Translations under genes and position numbers: made by a program
Assembly: GCA_012295275.1 (NCBI GenBank)
Contig: CM022676.1
Coordinates: forward strand, 1,550,001-1,614,000
Length of the DNA: 64,000 nt
From: Chrysomallon squamiferum
Lineage: Eukaryota; Animalia; Mollusca
Direction: 5' to 3'
Notes under the pieces: generated by a model
Database searches by the model: none
Seen by the model: only the letters and a program-made list of their open reading frames with translations
Told to the model about the DNA's origin: nothing
Part shown: positions 27,901 to 64,000 of the stretch, piece by piece
How positions within the stretch are numbered: position 1 is the stretch's first letter
Layout of the letters: every line of letters starts with the position of its first letter

Positions 27901-28701
27901 ATTTTAATACTAGTTAAATATAGGTGGCATTAAGAATTTCATGTTAAAAAAATCAAGAAGGTATTGATATTTATATTATTATACCAGTCCAGTAAGGGTC
28001 TTATTCAGATTGCCTCATTCAACAAATTGATACATAACAAAATTGATATCATTCAACAAAAAAGAATATTGAACTTTTAGTTTTTGTACATCTTTTTATA
28101 AATATTTTAATTTTTGATTCATGTTACGGCGGCATTGATAATTATTAAAAAAAAATATTAACTCTCTTTATATTACTATACCAGTTCAGTAAAGCTTTCA
28201 TTCAGAGTATCTCACTCAACAAATTGGTACATAATTATATTCATGTATTTATATGTAAAAAAACTTTTTCATTTCATTGCTTCATAAATAACCAGTGAGG
28301 ACATTTATATCATGTAACAAAGTGATAAATATAAAAAGTTCATAAAAATATCTCATTCATCATTTCTCTCAAATTTGTTGCATTTTCATATTTTTAATAA
28401 ATCCACCATGTTTAAATCCTGTAAATGAATTTAAATAATTCAGAATCACAGATATCCACTCGTTAAATAATAATGACATCTTTTTATAAATATTATGGTC
28501 CACTAAAGATTACATTCAGAATTCCAATTAGACACAATTATCACCATTGTATATATTAACACTATTTGTATATTTTGTTTTATTTTATTTCAGCTTCCGG
28601 TATCAGTTCTACAAACACTGACAACTCACAGAAATAAAGAAATCCAGGATCTGTCTATAGAACTTGTCCTTGACTTAAACTCTGTAAGAAATGAACAGTG
28701 A
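22561..28701 (+). CDS. HSF2BP: Heat shock factor 2-binding protein / MEILB2 (coiled coil plus armadillo; BRCA2 partner in vertebrate meiosis), about 350 aa; start codon uncertain
   Basis: Exons 22561-22650, 22881-23022, 23416-23519, 23850-23999, 24419-24551, 25030-25153, 26171-26274, 27692-27792, 28594-28701; all phase-consistent. Peptides FIMVNKSQLSQLVTE, QQCEFCSSLGSAVCTLLWRVS, FILALSGVITNVAASAYGRDFLV and LLLMTLYNLSINQKGQKYI match HSF2BP as I recall it (YCTEMGAAACTLLWGVS, FVFALAGIVTNVAAIACGREFLV, LMLMSLYNVSINLKGLKYI). Confidence 0.93.
22881..23022 (+). CDS. HSF2BP: HSF2BP exon (N-terminal helix)
   Basis: ISNNFIMVNKSQLSQLVTETSQLKLNLSEVLNNNYVAAITQLSEKEE. Confidence 0.88.
23416..23519 (+). CDS. 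HSF2BP: HSF2BP exon (coiled coil)
   Basis: EVKALKERNKQLEVENEMLKSQFDVSVTDCQREKK. Confidence 0.9.
23850..23999 (+). CDS. HSF2BP: HSF2BP exon
   Basis: ENLQLRCDIQEISAELTQQCEFCSSLGSAVCTLLWRVSRCEDSIETMLAG. Confidence 0.93.
24419..24551 (+). CDS. HSF2BP: HSF2BP exon (ARM region)
   Basis: SKVDEFLGIVSSTLQSYISAYKDDWPQQESEELNFILALSGVIT, donor A|GTAAGT. Confidence 0.93.
25030..25153 (+). CDS. HSF2BP: HSF2BP exon (ARM region)
   Basis: NVAASAYGRDFLVRRENGHHIIDTFVSFLADAPLRKSARLK. Confidence 0.93.
26171..26274 (+). CDS. HSF2BP: HSF2BP exon (ARM region)
   Basis: NLLLMTLYNLSINQKGQKYICSKQGIMGLLSWHLQ, donor G|GTGAGT. Confidence 0.93.
26739..27531. mobile_element. Tc1/mariner-superfamily (pogo/Tc2-like) non-autonomous element in an HSF2BP intron
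   Basis: TA flanks; TIRs CCGTATATACTTGTGTGCAAGGCGA / CCATATATACTTGTGTATAAGTCGA; internal TATAAGTCGAC subterminal repeats; more CpG than the surrounding intron. Confidence 0.85.
27692..27792 (+). CDS. HSF2BP: HSF2BP exon
   Basis: EETDEENQLNTLRVLQSLVSDDHNLSVLLQLNEV. Confidence 0.9.
28594..28701 (+). CDS. HSF2BP: HSF2BP terminal coding exon
   Basis: LPVSVLQTLTTHRNKEIQDLSIELVLDLNSVRNEQ*. Confidence 0.92.
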   Translation, partial: LPVSVLQTLTTHRNKEIQDLSIELVLDLNSVRNEQ

Positions 28702-28840
28702 CACACAATGCTGTACTGCTAACAGTAGATTTACTCAAGATAAGTCAAAATACCACCATCCCATTATCATTCTGTCAGCTTGATGTTACAGATGTTTTAT
28801 TTCACATTTTCTTGATATAAACAGTATATGCTTTTTGTAT

Positions 28841-28897
<57 letters not shown>

Positions 28898-31800
28898 ATG
28901 CAGAGAGAGAGAAGTTAGGTGAGGTCTTGTCCTTTATGTAGAGATAATGTATAGTGAGGACTCTCTGTATATGAGACAGTTGCTGTTCAAGTATGAATAT
29001 TCTTATTCAGAACACCCTTCTTTTTAAGGTTACTTATTACTTGTCAAACACACACACATTTTTGTGTAATATTAAATAAGAGTAAATTGGCTGCACTTGT
29101 TTTCATTTAGTACAAACTATTACAAACAACTTTCTAAAAAGATACATAAGCACTGTATGAATCTGGTTGGCATTAGTAAGTGCACTTCTTTACAAACACA
29201 CACACATGCATCTCTTATAGAAAAGCATATATGATCACATTGATTGAAACAGGATTTTTTTGGCGAGCTGGAAAATTAGAACAAGTGAGTTTAAACAACT
29301 GATATCTGTTTTATTCCCATATATTTATATATTATATAGTGTGGGAAAATGTACAAATAGACAGATATGAAAACAACAATAACGAACAGGTAAACCTACC
29401 TGTGTTAATTTACACTTTTATAACAAAACTCTTTTACAACTGTATCCACTTCATAGCAGCAAAAGTTTATATCTTATTTACTAGTTATATTATCGTTAAC
29501 ATTAGTTTCTAATTATATTTAAACTGTTTTACTGCAAATGTATTTCAGTTTCACTTTCAAGTATCAAGTATAGATAGTTAAAGTGCTTTCGTATAATTTG
29601 TTTCTAGTAATAGTTCAAGTCAAGTTCACAAAATCTTGAGTTTTATAGTAACATCAAATTATTTTTTCACTTTGAAGTTTCTGAATTTTTATATTAACAA
29701 TTCATAAAATTTAAATAATTTCTGTAATGAATACATAACTTAAATAAAATGATTACAGATTTTAAAACAAAATTATGTATATTGATTTTTGTAAATTAAA
29801 AGTTAAGAACTCTGTTATTTAAATCCTAGTTTTTGCATTTTAGAAATAAAATTACTGCTATTAAGAAACAATTGTGGAAGTATTTTTAATTGTATTTGTT
29901 GTAAAGTAATATAATTAACTGTAGCAAAAAATACTTTTAAACCCAGGCAATAAAATACATCACAGCAGCCATTTTTGTCAATCTAGAAACAATAACATTA
30001 TAAAACTTAAATATTGATACGGCATGTTCTCACTATTTTTGTATCAACTAGTAGTATTATACTTGTAAAATATCTAAATCTTACTTTTATTCAAGTCACA
30101 TTAGAGTCGTAACTGTCAGAAGACTTTGAAATTTAACAATTTGAACATTCTATTTTGGACATAATAAGTTAAAATTTTAGTCATATGTTATTACTGGAAT
30201 CTAAAATAAAAAAACAAAAAAAAAAAACAGTTCTAAATGACAAAGTAAATAATCAGTGTTTTATGAAATGTAAGAAACAGGCTATTTCTGTGTTTTATCA
30301 GAGTTTATGACAGGTTAATTGCTCACTATGACAAATAAATGTACAGGATTTCAGATTATTAAAATTTTGTAACTGATAAATGTTGTGACAAATCACACTA
30401 TGAATCCTATCAAACAGCCTTCTATGTTATGATAGTAGATGAAACTATTCACAAACACAATACAAGTTACAAAATTTAATTACACATTACTGTCCTGTAA
30501 AAATACTGGCTTTAAATATAAATATTTTAAATAGTTGTTGGAACAAACTAGTGTCTTGTTTTCATTACATCACTGATTCAAGTAATAAAATGAGTATTAT
30601 ATTACCTATGTTATATACAAGCATGTTTTGATTTTCTAAAACAATTGTCTATTGTAGATTATTGTAAAATGTTCAGTTTTGACAAATACACTAATGAATA
30701 AACGTCTGTGATATGTCACACATGTAAATGTTATTAGCAATAACATTCACTAATTTTAAAATAAGTTTCTTTTTATGTTTCAATATACAAGAACAGTAAC
30801 CTAATTTTAAATTAATTTTAAAAATATATATTTCTAAATTATAATAAAAACTTGAAAGCAGAAAAAAAAAATCATTAATTTAATGTGGAAAACAATTTTT
30901 AATTATGATATGAATTTTTGTTTAACGTGTTTTGTGATATGATTGCTTGACATGGCCTATAATTATATTTATATTTAGTAGAACCATAGCTTACAGCTAA
31001 ATTATTAAAACAGTTATCTTTCACACATTTGGAACAATATACTTCTTTAATGTTACAGATAAATTAGTTTTATTGGTTAACTTTCTGTAATGCTGAATTT
31101 CTAAATTCTTTTTAATTTTTATTAAAACGGTTATCTTCCCCCCTTTAATACTTATGTGTCTTCTTTAATGTTACAGATAAATTATTTTTTATTAAAACAA
31201 TCAGTTATCTTTCACACATATAGAACAATGCACCTTATTTAATGTTACAGGTAAATATCTTATTAATATTCATACATTCAGTTCTGCACAACATGGCTGC
31301 CTAATTTGACAGGTAAATATCTGTTAGTACATCATTCACACAAGACTAGAGTACTTAACAAAATACAGTACAAGGCACAGATATATATATATATATAAAA
31401 TATATATATATATATTAAAAAGTAACATATACAATTACAACTAATACTTAATCAGATATGTATTTGAAATCGCGAAGATTTTAAATATATTTCATGTACA
31501 GACTCAGTCATTAGTTTATAAATTAAGTAATTTCTAAAATATAAAAAAATCATAATAATTAAAAAATCTTTTAAAAAATATAAATAATAATAATTAATAA
31601 TTTGCAAAAATGTAAATATTAAAGTAATATATTAGTTTATAAAATAATAAAGAATATAAAAAAGAGATTTTAAGAATTTGTTTAATTTTAAATTGTTAAT
31701 CTGTCATTGCAAATAATACTGTTTAATTAAAACTGATCATAAAGTCATTGTATTAAAAACCTTCATAATATTAACCATAGTTTCAATACAGCTAATATAT

Positions 31801-33358
31801 CCACATTTCTATTTTACTTTTTAACAGAATCCTTTTTAATTGTTAGTTTATTTAAATAAATTAGTATAATAACCATATTAAATATAAGATTATTATGAAG
31901 AAATGTAACAAGAAGAAAAATTTTCATTTAAAATAAAATTTTAATTGAGACTAAATTTAACTTGTATTTAATGTTCAAGATAAAGCAAAATATAATTTCT
32001 GAATTTGTTTTATTATTTTTTAAAATAATTTTTTTACAATTTCTTTTTATTTCTTCTTCTCTTGTTTGATGTAAAAATGAGAAGTGAATTTGAAGTATAA
32101 TGTAAAAATTTATAATAATAATGTTATTCATATTTAAAGTTTGCAAAGTGAAAGAAAGAATCTTAGAACATTCTCTAAATAAATATACTTACTAGACCAG
32201 ATAAATTATTACCAATTTAAAATGAACATGATCTTGAAACAGTACATAATGTTGTGTAATTATCAAGTTATAGACAAGATTAAATTTAACTTACACCTAC
32301 TGACCTGTGGCCAAGCATGCTGCAGCAGCATCTTCACTGGCTGCTGAAAAGGCCAAGCAGTGAAACAGGAAATACCCTCTGCTTATTTTAACCAATCAGA
32401 GTTTCACAAATTAACAAACTCATGTTGAAACATGGGAGCCAACAGTGAATTGATTACATGCATCAAAATACAATCAGTGAAAAGGTGGTGAAACTTTAAA
32501 CAGGCCTTGTCAATGGAGGTGTGATGAAAGTTGACTCTGAAATCAGTAGGAAATTTAAACACTTGCTGTAGACATTTATGTAAATAACTGAGATTATTTC
32601 TTGGATAAATTTCAACTTATTTAAAATGTAGTCATGTTGTAATGAACAATGAGCAATTGTGCAGCTACCATGGTTACCTTTATAACCAACATCAAAATTA
32701 GTTAAACTGTACAAAAATTATGTCATAGTGAATGAATTTTTTTTTTTTTTTTAAATGTATCACTTAAAAATTTGATTACGAATCACATTAATAATAATAA
32801 CTTAAATAACAAAAAAAATTAAAACAGTACACAAATCAAGAATTTTTAAAAGAAAACAACAAAAGAAAAATAACAATTTAAAGAATAATTTTGTTAATAT
32901 AATTTGAGTATTTATATATTTTATTTATTTTTATTGACTATTTTGTTACAGGTAAGTTACTTTTGGAAAGCCATTTAGCTGACAAACAGAATCAAGAAAC
33001 AATAAAATTCAGTTGGGATATTACTATTTAATCTTAAAAACACCGAAGACTCTGCAATGACTTGCAAAAAGTTTAATTTTATAAGAAATTATTACTTCCA
33101 TTGTAATAAAGTTTTAAAATTTGTTTAGCTGTTCAGACAATTGATTAAAGGTAAATTCACTACAGGCACTCTTTTTCATAGGTAATTTCACTGCTTACCC
33201 AATTGTGTGAAATAATACATTTATTAGTAATAAAAAAAAGTTTACAAATTAATTCCTATTTAAGCTGTTAAAATATTTAAAACTAATAAATTAATAGTTA
33301 TCACAGATTTAAGCTTTTAAGTTGTTATATTAAACACAGGAAACCTGTTCCTAGATGT

Positions 33359-33393
<35 letters not shown>

Positions 33394-34149
33394 TAATACC
33401 AGTAAGAATGTCAATCCAATAGAATTTTAGCAAAAAGTTCATAATTTAAGGCAGTATTTATTTTATAACACACAGTGGTTAATAATAAAATTAGTTCGAC
33501 TATTGATAATATATAGATTTAAAAAAAAAAAACAGTAGCAGATACTTTGACAAAACTAATGCTATACAATTTTCTGTCACAACTACAACAGTTCAGTATT
33601 GTTGTATTGTGTTTCTCAGTAGCTTATCATTAAATGTGAGCAAAATTAACATTCAACAGAAAAATAAAATAAAAATGATGTACTTCAAATGTTTCTGAGT
33701 TTACACAACTTCATTTCAAAACAGAAAATGTTAAGAAAAAGAAGTTTCAAAATTCAATCTCACCTAAAGTTTTATAAATTCTCACAAAGGCTGTGGCCAT
33801 GTTTAAAAAAGGCATCTAGACTTGTTAAATTCTTAATACACTTAGAAAATATCTATTTTTCAGTAATAATGCTACAATTAAAAAAAAAAAAAAGAAAAAA
33901 AATTCAGTTTATTCTCAACATTTACCAAAAATTTCATTCATATCACGGGTTCTTGCAAACAACATAAAATCTGCAACTGCAGTTCCTTAAACAAACGGAC
34001 GGACAAAGGAATAAAAATGCCTGCTCCAAGAGCAAGGCAAAAAATTATCTTTTCCACATTAGATAATTCTGTACCAGGGCAATAATTCTCTTTATTGCCA
34101 TCAACAAGAAGGGAGACCACTCTAATCATATCAGCAGTCAACATGGAGG

Positions 34150-61030
<26,881 letters not shown>

Positions 61031-61664
61031 TTGTTGTTTCTTAGTCTTCTTTTTTAAATGTAGGAACTCTGGTAGTTATGTAATACAAAATATTTAAAAG
61101 CAATGTTAATTACTATATTACTAATAGAAACTTTGTAAATTAACTGCACATTCTTCGAAATTTGTCATAATTTGTTGGGGGTTTTTATTGGGAAAACCCC
61201 CCAAAAAAAACAGTTATTTATTTTAAAATCCAACTACAAAAATGGGGTGAGGGTTAGATAATAAATAAATAAATGAAAGCCATTTTTAAAAATTATATTA
61301 AATATTTTTACTGTCATTCATTTTTTATTATTATTCACTTGCTCATGTGTGTGTTTTTGGTCGTTTTTTTAAAATAATTATTTATTTACTTTAAATAATA
61401 ATTAGAAGAAAAATTCATAACATCGATTATAATAACCCCCAAAATATAAAACAAAAACGTAACCTAATGAAAAAAAACCCAGTGTGGTGGGAAAAGAAGA
61501 AAAGACATATTATACGTAATTCTCTGTTTTTCAATTTTGTTTTGGGGTTAGGGCAGATCACTGCAACCAAGGCATCCCGCGAAGTAGGCGGGTCACCCGA
61601 GGGCGACCTGTACCCCCTCAGAAATTTTTCTAGGTATGACCTAGGAGCTGGTTGTTAACCAAGC

Positions 61665-61695
<31 letters not shown>

Positions 61696-62103
61696 ATACA
61701 TAACTCGTACGTTTCAAATGCCTTTATACCGACATTTCTGTTACATCACAGTGGTGTAGTAATATGCATATGATCTACCAAAATTCGTGTTTAAAATGTG
61801 AAGTATAAAATGATTCTAACATTACTGATATTACTGATTTTATTATAAATGTCCGCATTTAACTGGTTTTTTTATTTTTAAAAACGGTAATGTTTTTTGG
61901 AGATAGACTCCATATGCCAAAAAGTATAATTAAGGACCTGTTCAGAATTACTGCGTTCTATATAAATGCATACCGAGAACTCATTCTGATAGGATTTTTG
62001 TATTAACCAATCTTAACCGACAAATGTTCAAAAGAGATTGAGTCTCCACTAAAAAACTAAATAAACGACTAAAATTGAACTATTTGGTAAATATCAGAAG
62101 TTC

Positions 62104-62162
<59 letters not shown>

Positions 62163-63129
62163 GCAGATAACCCCACAAAAAGACAATTATAGTAATACAT
62201 TTTAAGATTAATATATTTTATTTTTCTATAAAATTTGAAAGCAGCCCAACTACAATTGTTTAGATATAACTGACAGTCTGATGTATCAAATGAGATATTC
62301 TTGTGTAATATATTCAGTTTGTGTGTGTATCTTTAGCATGTTTATATGATCACTGTGCACATTACTGTGTGTGCGCATTTGTATTTTTCAGTGAATGTAT
62401 ATTTATGAATGTGTGTGCTTTATTTGCCAGAAATAAAAATTGTAACAAAATAATGAAATGTACAATGTAAGTCACAAAAAGCATTTGTATTTTGAAATAT
62501 TCCAGGTACCAGGTTTTAATGAATGTTTTTATATTATTTACACAGTCAGCATACTTCTGTGTGAGAACCGAGGCAGATCTGACCATGCACAGTGAAGACT
62601 GAATTTAAAACTTTACCATTACTGTCATTGGTAAGTTGTTATTTCTAAATTATTTTTAAAAATATATGTTACAATGATTCATTAAGATAATTAAACAAAT
62701 AAATAGTATAATGTTACCAATAGAAAGATAATGTTAGAACTGGAAATTAGGCATGACCAGTAAGATTTATATATGATATTTCAGAAGCCATGATTTATTA
62801 TTATTCTATGTTATAATTTACTGTAAATATTTAATATTTAAACCAGTTGATTTTTTATTAGTTTATTTCTCTATTTTGATGTTTCACTTAAGGTGCCTCA
62901 CCCAAGGGCCCAGGTAAAGTACTGACTGTAAATGTGATTAAGTAAACTGAGGCATGGATGACCTCAGTTATTACTGTGTTCAGTTCTTGTTGTTACAGTT
63001 AATTTAATTAATAGTGTTTGATTAACGGTCACTTGCTTAATTTCTGTCATGTGTGTCTGTGTTAAATATTTTCTGTAAACAATACAACTTGAGTGTATTG
63101 TATTGTGTATATAAAATGTTGTATGATTA

Positions 63130-64000
63130 TTCGGTGCGAACCGATAAATACAGCACTCTTTGCAGACGACTGCGCCTTTTGGCGGGCAGGCAGATCGACC
63201 GCAGCAATACAGAAACAAATACAAAAAGACTTAAACAACATAACCGATTGGGCGTTGAACTGGGGCATAAAGATTTCTCTTTCGAAAACGACGTGCCTCC
63301 TTTTCAACAAGAAATCAGACAACAGCAAGATCACACTCAACATCGACAACAACGTCATAACACAAACAAAGACATTCAAATTTCTAGGTGTGACATTCGA
63401 CAGTCAACTCAACTTCCGATGCCACATACACAACATAATTGCATCCTGCAAAAAAACACCCAATCTTCTAAAGTTAATTTCCGGAACCAGTTGGGGAGCA
63501 AACGAGTCAACGCTGATTTTGATACACAAAGCATGTATTCTCTCCAGGCTCGACTACGGAGCCACTGTTTCTCGAATGCTCCCAAACTCTATTTAAAAAA
63601 ACTAGACATAATTCAATCAAGTGCCCTCAGGGTGATCGGCCACCTGCCAAACACAACACCATCCAACAGCCTCCGGTCGGAATACAGCATCCAACCATTA
63701 AAATACAGAGGTAAACTGCAGCTACTAAAATACAACCTGAAAATACACACACTCAACACAGAACACCCGGTCAAGGATCTGGTCCCCGACGAACAAAGGA
63801 TAGGACAGCTCTTCAAATCGCATAGTCTACTACTATCGAATTTCCTGACAACAGCTAGAGAAATCGAAAGAGAAACAGGAATAGGTGAAATGCCACTGCC
63901 GGCATACCACAAAGAAACAAAACCAACAATAAACACACCTTTCCTGATCAAAAGAGAAACTGACAAAACAGAGATCCCACCGTTCAAAAAAATCATTTTT
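63130..64000 (+). mobile_element. 5'-truncated non-LTR retrotransposon (I-group LINE, e.g. I/Nimb-like); RT C-terminal half, frameshifted, runs off the window
   Basis: ALFADDCAFW, KFLGVTFDSQLNF, SGTSWGA, ILSRLDYGA; frameshift near 63565, then KKLDIIQSSALRVIGHLPNTTPSNSLRSE in another frame. Confidence 0.92.

Noticed and set aside
32300-32370. GC-richer imperfect hairpin in the probable SIK3 3' UTR
   Set aside because: Stem is short and irregular; no miRNA, SECIS or other ncRNA hallmark.
63613-63996. Minus-strand 127-aa ORF
   Set aside because: Antisense shadow of the LINE reading frame.

Overview
Eukaryotic, very AT-rich, intron- and microsatellite-rich animal DNA; probably a lophotrochozoan, and a SINE-like 3' tail points tentatively to a gastropod mollusc. 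Exons were spliced by hand. (1) A complete 15-exon SIK3/QSK kinase gene on the minus strand (60809->34150, 1226 aa) ending in a KA1-like domain. (2) A 9+-exon HSF2BP/MEILB2 gene on the plus strand (22561->28701), missed almost entirely by the ORF track and convergent with SIK3. (3) A 4-exon orphan type-I membrane protein with two Ig-like domains on the minus strand (21266->17813, 296 aa), head-to-head with HSF2BP. (4) The 5' end of an unidentified minus-strand gene (coding exon 1106-1210) that probably continues beyond the left edge; upstream of it lie ~14 kb of CpG-rich DNA with E-box, bZIP and nuclear-receptor motifs. Mobile DNA: a FLYWCH Mutator-like deletion derivative, a Tigger/pogo derivative, a pogo/Tc2-like MITE, a 5'-truncated I-group LINE and SINE tails. 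The most notable hypotheses are a CRE-driven internal promoter in SIK3 intron 3 that would make an N-lobe-less SIK3, minisatellites that start at and copy SIK3 splice acceptors, a KA1 domain on SIK3, and HSF2BP-SIK linkage resembling human 21q22.3.
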